From Polyangiaceae bacterium (GTDB lineage Bacteria; Myxococcota_A; Polyangia; Polyangiales; Polyangiaceae): a DNA stretch of 64,000 nt. Below are positions 39,212 to 48,886 of the stretch, piece after piece. The notes under the pieces are model-generated. The model saw only the letters and a program-made list of their open reading frames with translations, was not told the origin of the DNA and searched no databases. The translations under genes were made by a program, and so were the position numbers. Location of the stretch: NCBI GenBank assembly GCA_050287085.1, contig JBNKBE010000003.1, positions 239,350-303,349 on the forward strand, in the 5' to 3' direction. Every line of letters begins with the position of its first letter. Position 1 is the stretch's first letter.

Positions 39212-40575
39212 ACCGGCTCCGCCGTTCCGCGGTACTCGAGGAAGAACGCGTGAGCCTGTTCTTCATCGACCGTGCGGCAGAACACCAACAATTGATCGCC
39301 CGGACGCAATTCGTCATTGCCCCCCGGAATGATCACGCGACGTCCCCGCGTGATCGCGCCCACGATAGCGTGCTCGGGCGGCGCCAGTCGGCTCAATTGC
39401 GTCGGGGGAAATGCGTCAGGAAGCTGAACTTCGATCACGCACGTGCTGCCATGTTCCAGTTCCGCCCGGATCTCAGCGTGGTCTTGGTCCAGTTGCAGCA
39501 CCACCGAGCGGATAGCGGCTCCTCCCTTCGAAAGAACGACGTCGACACCGACCCTTTCGAACATGCGCTCGTTGGAAATGCGGTCAGCACGCGTAATGAT
39601 GCGTCGAACGCCGAGCGACTTGGCCAGCAATGAGACGAGCAGATTCTTCTCGTCGTTGTTCGTCACACACACCACCGCCGCCGCATCGGCGATTTGCTCC
39701 TGTTCCAGTAGCTCCAAATCGGCACCGTCACCGTGCAGTACCATCGACTTGACTCGACGCGCCGCAAGTTCGCAGCGCGTCTTGTCTACCTCGATCAGCT
39801 TGACGTTGTAGCGAGCTCGCTCGAGCGCGCTGGCTATGGAGACCCCCACGCGCCCCGCACCAATGACCACCACATCCCGCCCCGAGCGACTCTGTTCCGG
39901 CGCCAAGAGCCCGACGAACTCGCGCAAAGCCGCTGGCTCGCCCATCGCCAGCACGTGATCGCCCTCGCGCAAACGCGTGTTGCCCTTGGGCACGATCATC
40001 TCGTCCCCGCGTCTGACGTTCACCATGTTCATGGCTTTGGGCAGCCCGAGACTGCGGAGCGGAGCCTGCGCCGCTGGCGCACCTCGCTCGACGCGATAAC
40101 GCAGCAAGGCAACGCGCCCCTCAGCGAATACACGGACATCGAGAGCTCCGGGCACGGTGATGATGCGCACGATTTCTTGCGCGAGCTGTTCACCCGGACG
40201 CACCACCACGTGGATGCCCAACGAGTCAGCCAAATCTTCCTCGTCGTCTGCGGTACTCAAGAAGCCTGGACGGGTTAGTACGCAAATGGTTCGCTTCGCG
40301 CCGAGCTTCTGCGCGACCAAACAGGCCACGATGTTCTGCTCGTCGCTCGACGTACAAGCGATGAACACGTCGGCATGCTCTACGCGTCCCGCCTTCAGGG
40401 CATCGGCGCTGGTTGCGCGGCCGCGAACGGTTTCGATGTCGAGCTGCTCAAAACCGCTCTGTCCTCCCGAGTCCTCGCGAATGGAAACGACCTGATGCCT
40501 GGTCATCAACTCCTGCGCGAGGCGAAAGGCCGTCACGCTAGCGCCTACGATCAGCACATTCATTACCGTACTCAT
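39208..40575 (-). CDS. trkA: Trk potassium uptake regulatory subunit (two RCK domains)
   Basis: 'DEQNIVAC', 'VIGAGRVG', 'HGDG', 'DEKNLL'; coupled to trkH. Confidence 0.93.
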   Translation of the reverse strand: MSTVMNVLIVGASVTAFRLAQELMTRHQVVSIREDSGGQSGFEQLDIETVRGRATSADALKAGRVEHADVFIACTSSDEQNIVACLVAQKLGAKRTICVLTRPGFLSTADDEEDLADSLGIHVVVRPGEQLAQEIVRIITVPGALDVRVFAEGRVALLRYRVERGAPAAQAPLRSLGLPKAMNMVNVRRGDEMIVPKGNTRLREGDHVLAMGEPAALREFVGLLAPEQSRSGRDVVVIGAGRVGVSIASALERARYNVKLIEVDKTRCELAARRVKSMVLHGDGADLELLEQEQIADAAAVVCVTNNDEKNLLVSLLAKSLGVRRIITRADRISNERMFERVGVDVVLSKGGAAIRSVVLQLDQDHAEIRAELEHGSTCVIEVQLPDAFPPTQLSRLAPPEHAIVGAITRGRRVIIPGGNDELRPGDQLLVFCRTVDEEQAHAFFLEYRGTAEPV

Positions 40576-40787
40576 CGCACAGATAAGGCACCCAACGGAA
40601 GCCCCCGACAGCTGCACGGTGAGGCCTTGGCGCCCATCAGGCCACCTTCAACGCGAGCCCCTATCGAAGCCCAGGGTTTCCGCGACAGCCAGACGCTCTG
40701 AACACTTGGCTCGGAGGCCCGCCGGACGGCATGCACGACCGGACGCATACACAAGCGGACGCCTGCAGGTCGTGGGAAGTCTGAAGC

Positions 40788-41789
40788 CTAGCCGCTCCGC
40801 TTGCGGCGCCGTCCCAACGCGATAACGAGCACCGCGGCACATAGACCGGAGCCGCGCACATTCGGCGCAGCAACACGGCACGCGCAGCTCGAACTCCGCC
40901 GCGGCGGCACACGCTCAGCCAGTTCCCCCGCCGACGCTCCGCCCGCCGACGCTCCGCCGGGCAGAGCATCGGCGGTGTGGGGAGTTGAAAGCGCAGTCTC
41001 AAAAGGCAGTTCCACCTCAAATACCCGCGGCCAAAGCTTACCGGTCAGCAGATAGCGCTCGCCTTCAATATGCGCGATGCCGTTGAGGACGTCGGCGCTC
41101 TGAACCTCGGCGGGTGTGAGCAAACCACTGGCGTCGACATCGACGAGGACCCGTCCGGACGTGGGCTCGATAAGCAGAATATGATCCGTCTGCCAAACGT
41201 TGGCGAGAACACGCCCATCGACGCATTCGAGCTCATTCAGTTGGTTGACTGGATTGCCGTCCAAAGTGACCGAAACCGTACCTTGGAGCTCAAAGGTCGT
41301 GGCATCGCGACGCTGCAACTTGTCGCTGCCGTCGCTCATCCACAGGGCCTGCCCGTCGAAACACAGTCCCCAACCTTCACCGCTGTAACTGTAGTCGGCA
41401 ATCGGCTCGAAGGTGTCCAGAGCGTATTCGTGCGCAACGCCGTTGCGCCACGTCAACTGGATCAAGCGATCACCAACCAACGCGAGGCCTTCCCCAAACT
41501 CGCGCCCCTCCAAAGCCCGTTTAGCTTGCACCTCGCCACTGGCCAGCGCGACCCTCCGCAAAGAGGAACGGCCCAGCAAGCCGGTGCTCTCGAACAACAG
41601 CCCGTCGTGGAGCAGGAGCCCTTGGGTGAATGCGTATGGATCGTGAGGATAGCGCTCAATCACACGCGGCTCGACCACGGGCACGGCTTCGGCCGTCTTG
41701 GAGCCGAACGCTGCGGCCACAACTGCCGCAAGAACGAGGCCCCGCATCAGCCGGGCTCCACGATAGATGTTACGCCACCTAGTACTCAT
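40788..41789 (-). CDS. Glutaminyl-peptide cyclotransferase with MYXO-CTERM-like tail
   Basis: 'HDPYAFTQGL', 'ESTG', 'FGEGL', 'QLTW', 'EGWGL', 'LNELE', 'VLNGIA', 'TGKLW'; tail 'SSCAC...AAVLVIALGRRRKR'. Confidence 0.9.
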   Translation of the reverse strand: MSTRWRNIYRGARLMRGLVLAAVVAAAFGSKTAEAVPVVEPRVIERYPHDPYAFTQGLLLHDGLLFESTGLLGRSSLRRVALASGEVQAKRALEGREFGEGLALVGDRLIQLTWRNGVAHEYALDTFEPIADYSYSGEGWGLCFDGQALWMSDGSDKLQRRDATTFELQGTVSVTLDGNPVNQLNELECVDGRVLANVWQTDHILLIEPTSGRVLVDVDASGLLTPAEVQSADVLNGIAHIEGERYLLTGKLWPRVFEVELPFETALSTPHTADALPGGASAGGASAGELAERVPPRRSSSCACRVAAPNVRGSGLCAAVLVIALGRRRKRSG

Positions 41790-42547
41790 ACCGTCGGCAT
41801 GACGTTGCCCCCGCATACGGGCACAAACGCTCCAGATATGTAGCTCGCTTGGTCGCTCGCGAGAAAGGTCACCACGTTGGCAATCTCCTGATCGCTTCCG
41901 CGTCGCCTCAATGGGACCCCTTGGACGTAGGCCGCGTCGTCAGCGACCTGAGTCTCATCTTTTTCAGAGCGCGTCCACCCCGGCGCGATCTGGTTGACGG
42001 TGATGTTGTCAGGTCCAACCTCACGCGCCATGACCCGCAATACGCCGTCCATGCCTCGCTTACCTGCCACATACGCCGAGTACTTCTCGAACAACTGCAT
42101 TGTGCATTCGGTGTTGATGCCGATCACTCGCCCCCACTTGCGCGCTTGCATATGAGGCAGAAAGGCTTTGCCGAGCAGCACAGACTGAAGCACGCAGGTC
42201 CGAAACTGGCTTTCGTAGTCGGCGATGGTCTCTTCGAGAATCGTACTCCACGGATGGATTTGCGCCACCGCGTTGATAACCAAGATGTCGGGGGAAAGCT
42301 GCGCCTGCTGGACCCTTTGCCGCATCGCCGCAACAGAGGCCTCGTCTCCCGTGTCCGCCTGAAGACAGAGGGCACGGCGCCCAAGCAGCTTCACCTCGCC
42401 GGCAAGCGCCTCGGCACGAGCTGCGTTCTGATGGTAGTGAATGACGAGATCGGCGCCCGAGAGGGCAAGACTGCGAACCATCACCCGCCCGAGCTCGCCC
42501 GTGGCGCCGGTCACCAGCGCGATCCTTCCGGAAAGATCAATCAACAT
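41786..42547 (-). CDS. Short-chain dehydrogenase/reductase (FabG-like)
   Basis: 'TGATGELG', 'YVAGK', 'NQIAPG', 'FLASDQASYISG'. Confidence 0.88.
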   Translation of the reverse strand: MLIDLSGRIALVTGATGELGRVMVRSLALSGADLVIHYHQNAARAEALAGEVKLLGRRALCLQADTGDEASVAAMRQRVQQAQLSPDILVINAVAQIHPWSTILEETIADYESQFRTCVLQSVLLGKAFLPHMQARKWGRVIGINTECTMQLFEKYSAYVAGKRGMDGVLRVMAREVGPDNITVNQIAPGWTRSEKDETQVADDAAYVQGVPLRRRGSDQEIANVVTFLASDQASYISGAFVPVCGGNVMPTV

Positions 42548-42586
42548 TGCGGTCCATGCTAACAGATCCACGCACAACCATCATCG

Positions 42587-43012
42587 CTAGTCGAAGTCCC
42601 GACGCGCGCGCTCCTGCTTGCGTCCGCCATGTCTGCGCTTGTCGGCCAGGCGGCGCCGGTCGGCAGCAACACTCGGACGGGTTCGCTTTCGCGGCCGCGG
42701 CGGCGCCCATGCGCGCCGGAGCAAGTCGATGAGACGCACCCGAACGTCGCGAAGATTCTGCAACTGTGAGCGAAAGCGGTCCCCGACGAGCACCAGCTCG
42801 CCTCGCTGGGTGAAGTGGGAAGACGCAAGGCCTCGCAGGCGAGCCTTTACGTCGGCGGATATGGCAGCGCTCTCCATCACTGCCCAGCGCAGCTCCACCT
42901 TGGTAGCGACCTTGTTGACATTTTGCCCGCCAGGCCCGCTGGAACATACTGCCCTCATCCGAAGCTCGTCAGCGGCGACGGCGGAGCCATCCGGAAGGGG
43001 TATGTCCCGCAT
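42587..43012 (-). CDS. arfB: Alternative ribosome rescue factor B
   Basis: 'SSGPGGQNVNKV', 'RSQLQN', basic C-terminal tail 'RKRTRPS'. Confidence 0.93.
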   Translation of the reverse strand: MRDIPLPDGSAVAADELRMRAVCSSGPGGQNVNKVATKVELRWAVMESAAISADVKARLRGLASSHFTQRGELVLVGDRFRSQLQNLRDVRVRLIDLLRRAWAPPRPRKRTRPSVAADRRRLADKRRHGGRKQERARRDFD

Positions 43013-43054
43013 ACAAACTCAGAGCAAAAACGCAGTCTGCCAGCCAGGCCCGAC

Positions 43055-43348
43055 TCAGGTTTCGCTCGCGCCAGCAGGCTGCCGAAGCGAGCGGCGCAGC
43101 GCCTCCTCCAGCTCCAGCGCCGACTCAGGACTGGGGACACAAAGCGCACGATAGCGATAGCTAGGTTGTACCATCCGACGCAAGTAGGCAGTCTTGTCGG
43201 GCGTGCGCATCAGCCAATCAAATACGGCTGGGGGCACGTCGAAGTACTGGTACAGGCGGGCGCCGCGAAACTCTACCTCCAGTACTCGGTCACAAGCGTC
43301 GTACCCAATCGATACCAAGGCTTTCGACTCAACGAGTTCACGCTCCAC
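43055..43348 (-). CDS. KTSC-domain protein
   Basis: 'VESKALVSIGYD...LEVEF...YQYFDVP'. Start uncertain. Confidence 0.8.
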   Translation of the reverse strand: MERELVESKALVSIGYDACDRVLEVEFRGARLYQYFDVPPAVFDWLMRTPDKTAYLRRMVQPSYRYRALCVPSPESALELEEALRRSLRQPAGASET

Positions 43349-43560
43349 GAGAAGCAGGGTGCCACTGAACAAAGCGCCAGACAAGGCGGGAAGCACCCGG
43401 GCGCTGGCTGTCTCACGGCCCCACCCATCATCCCCCGCCGACCCTTTGGCCTAAAGCCTTCGCAACGTGCGGTCGGATTCGGCGCCCACTTGGCCCCTGT
43501 TCCTGCGTCGCAAGCCACTTATCCCAGAGCCGCGCGCACGGTTGTGATAGATCGCAAGGG

Positions 43561-44907
43561 ATGGGCAAATCGCAGGCCATGGACGATCTGCCACCGGTCA
43601 TGGTCATAGAAACCATACCGGCGAGCGGCACGCATCAGATCCCCGCTGATACGATTCGCGAGGAGGGGATCCCCATTCCAGAAACCCTTGTGCTCTATCC
43701 AGAGCTGGGTCGCGGCGGAATGGGACGGATCCATCCAGCCACGGACCGCAACCTCTTGCGCCACGTCGCGCTCAAGCGACTGGACAAAGACCTCTCCCGC
43801 ACTCGCATGTACCGCGATGGCTTCATCGCCGAGGCTCAGATCACGGGGCAGCTCGAGCACCCCAACGTGGTGCCCGTCCACGAGTTGGCCCTGAGCCCCG
43901 ACGGCGTGCCGTACTTCACCATGAAGCTGGTGCAGGGGGTGCCCATGGACAAGTGGATGTGGGACCCGGACTTACCGCTCGGGTCGACCACCCGCCTCGA
44001 ACAAGGTTTGGAGATCTTCCTCAAGGTATGTGATGCCGTCGCCTACGCACACCACCGCGGGGTAATCCACCGAGACCTGAAGCCAGAGAATATCATGGTC
44101 GCCGGCTTCGGTCAGGTCTATCTCATGGACTGGGGACTGGCACGCCTCACGAAGACCACCCCCGCCACCGGCAGCCGCTCTCAGATGAACGCGCGAGGCC
44201 CAGTCGGAACCCCTGCGTACATGTCCCCGGAGCAGGCTAGAGGCATCCCAACGGAAATGGACGAACGCACCGACGTCTTCGGTCTCGGCGCGATTCTCTA
44301 CGAGATCCTGACAAATTGTATTCCCTACGGTGACGAACTCGATCCGGATCGCTTGATCGAAAAGGCCAAAGCGGGCCAAGTGGTGCCCATCGAATCGGTA
44401 GTACGGGCCCGAGGTGGACTCGGCCTATCCCCGCGCATTCTCCGCATCGTGGATCGGTGTCTACAAAGTGAACCAACTCACCGCTTCCAGACGGTATTGG
44501 AGCTTCAAGACGAGGTCCGAGCATTTCTGCGCGGTGGTCTGTACCTACCGACCAAGACGTTTGAGCCGGGGCAGGTGATTGTGCGTGAAGGCGACGCTGG
44601 CGATGAAGCCTACGTGCTCATCACCGGAAGGTGCGAAGCCACCCGACGCGTTCCTGAGGGCACTGAACTGCTCGCCACGTCGACGGCAGGAGATGTCTTC
44701 GGTGAACTCGCCTTGGTGCTCGACGCACCGCGCGCTGCCACGGTCACCGCCGTGGAGCGTTCAACAGTGCTCATTCTGGACAAGCGAACGCTCAAAGAAG
44801 GCCTGGGCGCAGACAGCTGGATGGGCGCGCTCGTGTTGGCCCTGACCAAACGCTTCCAACAACTGGAGCAGAAGGTGCGTGATTCGGGGCTGAAGCGCAA
44901 CGACTGA
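43561..44907 (+). CDS. Hanks-type Ser/Thr kinase fused to a C-terminal cNMP-binding domain
   Basis: 'GRGGMG', 'VALK', 'HRDLKPEN', 'DWG', 'GTPAYMSPEQ'; C-terminal 'VREGDAGD...FGELAL...PRAATV'. Confidence 0.93.
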   Translation: MGKSQAMDDLPPVMVIETIPASGTHQIPADTIREEGIPIPETLVLYPELGRGGMGRIHPATDRNLLRHVALKRLDKDLSRTRMYRDGFIAEAQITGQLEHPNVVPVHELALSPDGVPYFTMKLVQGVPMDKWMWDPDLPLGSTTRLEQGLEIFLKVCDAVAYAHHRGVIHRDLKPENIMVAGFGQVYLMDWGLARLTKTTPATGSRSQMNARGPVGTPAYMSPEQARGIPTEMDERTDVFGLGAILYEILTNCIPYGDELDPDRLIEKAKAGQVVPIESVVRARGGLGLSPRILRIVDRCLQSEPTHRFQTVLELQDEVRAFLRGGLYLPTKTFEPGQVIVREGDAGDEAYVLITGRCEATRRVPEGTELLATSTAGDVFGELALVLDAPRAATVTAVERSTVLILDKRTLKEGLGADSWMGALVLALTKRFQQLEQKVRDSGLKRND

Positions 44908-44923
44908 TCGCCTCCGGGCTTCC

Positions 44924-47245
44924 ATGGCCACGCCCTCATCACAGCGGCTCCAGCTAGCTCGCCGCGCCCGGCAAGCCCGCGCTGGCAGGGGGTCTGGCAA
45001 CTCGGACCGAAGGTGCACGTTCGGTCTGCTCTCCGCGGCGACGTTCTTGGCGCTCGGCCTGTTGTTCCCCCAACCAACAGACGCAGCGACGTCCAGCGCA
45101 GCAGACTCAACGACGCCCAGCGCCGCAAACTCAGCACCACCCACTGGCCCCGCAAGCGCTGAGCCGTGCCCGGTGCCCGGCCACGCGCTGGTGCCACTTT
45201 ATCCTCGCCTGCGCCCTGCCGTCACCCGACATGACTGGTCACAGGTGGCGGCGCTGCTCCAGGGAAAGGCCCCCTGCGAACTCGGCCATGTCGGTCGCCT
45301 ATTGGCAGTCCGCGCTGCACTGGAAAGTGATGCGTCGAGCAACGCCGCCTACGCGCTACAGCAACTAGCGGACCTCGTCCAAACTCTTCCTGAGCTGAGG
45401 TACGCCATCGAGAAGTTGGAGCGACGCGCCCGCGACGCAGCGCAAAGCGACCCGCTCAAACTGATGAACGCCTCCCGCGTCCTTGACGCGGCAGCCCTGG
45501 CCCTCGAAGAAGAGCGGCCGAACGACGCCGCAGCCCTGTTGGAGCGCGCAGCGCGGCTAGGGGTTGCCCCAGCGCAGCAGCCACGTCTTCACGTTCTTCG
45601 CGCGCGCCATGCGATCGGCCATGGGGACCGCTATCGTGCCTACATCACGTGGCGATGGCTGCTGCTGAATGATCCGGGTGGTCCATACGAACGAGAAGCA
45701 ACTCGTGAACTGACGACGCACTACCCCGACCACCCGCTCTCCCGCGACGATCGACTCATCCGTTTTGAAGCATTCAAGCGAAACGGTCAGGTTGAATCCT
45801 TAGAAGCGGAACTACGACTACTTGAGCCTCTCAAGCCGCGCCTGAGCGAGTTCACCCAGGCCCACGCCCTCGGAACAGCCGCCTACAAGGCTCGCCATTT
45901 CGAACGAGCAGCCAGTGAGTTCCTACGCGCGGCGACCGCAAGTGGCGGAGGACCAGACAGCACTTTGGCTCGTTATCAGGCGGCTCGCGCCCTCGTGCGC
46001 CTAGGCCGACTAGAACAAGCCACGCTCGAATTCGAGCGCGTTGCAGCCCAGCCGCCCAAGAGCAGCCTCACTGGCGACGCCCTCTTCGCGTTGGCCCAGG
46101 CACGCAGCTTTCAGGGCGAATGGGGCGCCGCCGCGCGAACCTACGGCCAGCAACTCACCTCCTACCCCGGCAGCTCGCTGCACATCTCGGCCCAGCGTGA
46201 AGGAGCCCTCGCGCTCTTTGCCGCAGGCGCCCTGGAGGATGCAGCGGCCGGCTGGTTTCGAATGCGACAACAATACGGCACCCAAGGTGAGGGCACGCTG
46301 CATATGTTGCTCGAAGCCCTCAGTCTGGATTGGATGGGTAACGCCACCCGGGCAACGGCTCTCCTTGGAGACGTCATCGCCCAGGCTCCACTCGGTTTCG
46401 CTGGCTTCGGCGCCCGCGACGCTCTCAAGCGCGTCCATCCACTGCCGGAACGTGATGAGGAAGAGTCGACGTCGCACGCGCTTTCCTCCCTGGTGCTGGA
46501 GCTGGAGGCGGTAGGTCTCCTGGACGAAGCCGAATACGTCGCCGCTAGGGAGACGGCGCGCTGGCGCAGCGCTGACCCGGACGGAGGCATGGCCGCCTCG
46601 TGTCGCGAGCTCGCCCGCCTCACCCATGGCCGCGAGCGATACCTGGTGGGTATTGAAGCCGCAGCACGGAACCGCTTCTTCGAGCGACCAGAGACAGCGC
46701 CTCGCTGGCTGTGGGAGTGTGTTTACCCAGCTCCGTATTCAGAGTGGACACGCGCCGCCGCGGCGGAGTTCGACGTCCCGATCTCGCTCCTCTACGCCAT
46801 CATGAGGCAAGAAAGCGGCTTCAGACCTGGTGTTCGCTCCCCGGCCAATGCCCTCGGCCTCATGCAATTCATCGAGCCTACCGCGAAAGCAGTTGCCGCC
46901 TCCCTACAGCTCGAGTTCGACTCGGAACTCCTCCGCCGACCAGAGACGAGTGTTCGCTTCGGTTCCTTCTACCTGCGGCAGCTGCTCAATCAATTCGGCG
47001 AACACCCCGGTCTGGCCGCCGCTGCCTACAATGCCGGCCCGGAGATCACGACCGTGTGGCTTTCCGCTGGCTGGCGACTGCCGCTCTCGTTCTTTGTCGC
47101 GCGTATTCCTTTCCGTGAGACGCGCATCTACGTTCAACGTGTGCTGGCCAATATGATGGTCTACCACTCGCTGTACGAATCCGGTCCGCCGCCAGCTATG
47201 ACCTCACTGCCCGAGCCTGCGGCCATGGCGACGTTGCCTCTCTAA
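44924..47245 (+). CDS. slt: Soluble lytic transglycosylase with TPR-like superhelix
   Basis: 'IMRQES', 'GLMQ', 'AYNAG', 'IPFRETRIYVQRV'. Confidence 0.88.
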   Translation: MATPSSQRLQLARRARQARAGRGSGNSDRRCTFGLLSAATFLALGLLFPQPTDAATSSAADSTTPSAANSAPPTGPASAEPCPVPGHALVPLYPRLRPAVTRHDWSQVAALLQGKAPCELGHVGRLLAVRAALESDASSNAAYALQQLADLVQTLPELRYAIEKLERRARDAAQSDPLKLMNASRVLDAAALALEEERPNDAAALLERAARLGVAPAQQPRLHVLRARHAIGHGDRYRAYITWRWLLLNDPGGPYEREATRELTTHYPDHPLSRDDRLIRFEAFKRNGQVESLEAELRLLEPLKPRLSEFTQAHALGTAAYKARHFERAASEFLRAATASGGGPDSTLARYQAARALVRLGRLEQATLEFERVAAQPPKSSLTGDALFALAQARSFQGEWGAAARTYGQQLTSYPGSSLHISAQREGALALFAAGALEDAAAGWFRMRQQYGTQGEGTLHMLLEALSLDWMGNATRATALLGDVIAQAPLGFAGFGARDALKRVHPLPERDEEESTSHALSSLVLELEAVGLLDEAEYVAARETARWRSADPDGGMAASCRELARLTHGRERYLVGIEAAARNRFFERPETAPRWLWECVYPAPYSEWTRAAAAEFDVPISLLYAIMRQESGFRPGVRSPANALGLMQFIEPTAKAVAASLQLEFDSELLRRPETSVRFGSFYLRQLLNQFGEHPGLAAAAYNAGPEITTVWLSAGWRLPLSFFVARIPFRETRIYVQRVLANMMVYHSLYESGPPPAMTSLPEPAAMATLPL

Positions 47246-47345
47246 GGGCCGGCACAGCGCCGAGTCCGCCCGCCACAGCAAGAGGATCAGCCCGCGCAGC
47301 ATGACTATCCCGTTCGCGGGCCCTGGGTGCTCCGAGCCCGAGCCT

Positions 47346-48137
47346 TCACGGCGCGCGTGCAGCTGGCACGCTTGTGCCCTTAACCGCAGGCGCAAGGGGC
47401 CGACCACGTGCGTGATCCCAAACGCGCAACTCGACACGCCCATCGACCACCTCGACATACGACCCACCGCGAACCCAGTTTCCGGAATTGATGTAGCGCC
47501 TGCCCGGCGCGAACGCGATATCCTCGGCCTTGTGGGTATGACCGAAAACGACAACGTCGAAGCCACGACGCAGCAGCATGTCGGCGGCCTCATAATACGC
47601 GCTTCGCTCTACCAGTGACTTGCTGCGCCACACGCGAACACGCCGCTTCGTTTCTTCGTACCAACTCCACAGTCTATATGAATCGGGATATATATGCAGG
47701 AGCGGCGCTGCCATCCGCGTCAATAGCTCATAGATACCAGGACTGCGCACAAAAGCCGGGTCGTAGAGATGTCCATGTTCCACACGCATCCGCTGGTCCG
47801 CCCAATGGACGTTGAGAAATGGCGTGATGTGGATGTCGGTCCATCCCGTCAAGAAATGCTCGAGAACGATGTCGTGATTGCCGACAACGTAGAAGACCTC
47901 CAATCCTGACTCGAGTAGCGCATGCAGGCGCTGAAGAACCGTCACCGAATCCTTCGCAAGGCCCGCGAGACTCGCCTGCAGGATCTCGAAACCATCCCCA
48001 TTGATACACAGGTTGTAGCGCTCACGCCGCGCGTACTCAATAAAGCTTCCCAAGTTGCGGCTGGCCAGACTGAACGGATTTCCGATATGCAGATCGGAAA
48101 TGATGAGCAGACGTTGCTGCTCGACGTCGATGATCAC
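47346..48137 (-). CDS. Calcineurin-like metallophosphoesterase (LpxH-like family)
   Basis: 'SDLH', 'NGD', 'GNHD', 'HGH', 'FGHTH', 'NSGNW'. Confidence 0.85.
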   Translation of the reverse strand: MIIDVEQQRLLIISDLHIGNPFSLASRNLGSFIEYARRERYNLCINGDGFEILQASLAGLAKDSVTVLQRLHALLESGLEVFYVVGNHDIVLEHFLTGWTDIHITPFLNVHWADQRMRVEHGHLYDPAFVRSPGIYELLTRMAAPLLHIYPDSYRLWSWYEETKRRVRVWRSKSLVERSAYYEAADMLLRRGFDVVVFGHTHKAEDIAFAPGRRYINSGNWVRGGSYVEVVDGRVELRVWDHARGRPLAPAVKGTSVPAARAP

Positions 48138-48640
48138 CGCCTGCCTGGCTCCGGGTCCGTCGGTTCCGCTTCAAAAAGCAACGGCTCTTCGGCGTCTGGA
48201 GTCTGCATCAGCTCGACCACCTGCGCATTGAGTCGGCGAACGCGGCTGCTCAGCCGCCGTAGCAATTCAAAGGCAAACGTCGGATCTCTCCGGAGGCGTA
48301 CCAGCAACGCCCCAGCCGTCATGACCAGAAGCTCCGTTTCACCCACCGCCTCGGCGCTCGCATCCCGGGGCAGGCCCTCGAGAAGGCTCATTTCTCCGAA
48401 AAAGTTGCCCTTCTGTAGGACAGCCAACTCCAGCTGACCCTGCGGTGTGCTCTTGAAGATCCGGACCTCCCCGCGCTGAATGACATACATCTCGCCACTG
48501 ATTTCACCTTCGCGACAGATCAGCTCTCCGCCCTCGTGAGCACGAACGAACTCGCTCGTCTCACCCTGGGTCAGGCGGTTTTTGGAGGCCTTGAGCCGGA
48601 ACACGTGCCGCACTCTAGAGAAGCCGCCGCCCCAGCGCAA
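48134..48640 (-). CDS. Stand-alone cNMP-binding domain protein
   Basis: 'ICREGE...MYVIQRGEV...GNFFGEMSLL...PRDASA'; no Crp HTH. Start uncertain. Confidence 0.82.
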   Translation of the reverse strand: MRWGGGFSRVRHVFRLKASKNRLTQGETSEFVRAHEGGELICREGEISGEMYVIQRGEVRIFKSTPQGQLELAVLQKGNFFGEMSLLEGLPRDASAEAVGETELLVMTAGALLVRLRRDPTFAFELLRRLSSRVRRLNAQVVELMQTPDAEEPLLFEAEPTDPEPGRR

Positions 48641-48886
48641 TCAAGACCGCACCTCCACCCCGGGACGATCTCGGTCTCCCCCTGTCGAAAGCTTGCATCG
48701 GCCGGACCAAACGGCCACCATCCGAGCCACGAGGCGCTGCCGTCAAGGTTGCGTCTCGCAAGACCCGCACGGCTATTCGGCACGGGTGATACGGCACGAG
48801 CCGTCGCGTCCGCTGACGGCGCCCCTCCGACGGGCCTTCAGCAGGAATTGGCGCGGATACGAAGGCGGGGAGCCGCGACTAGGAGC

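Noticed and set aside
43561..48640. CBASS/Pycsar-type anti-phage system
   Set aside because: No nucleotide cyclase or CD-NTase and no TM/TIR effector fused to the cNMP domains.
48536..48886. N-terminal extension of the 1839-aa ORF
   Set aside because: It overlaps the divergent cNMP gene and looks non-coding; CCC homology begins at ATG 48887.
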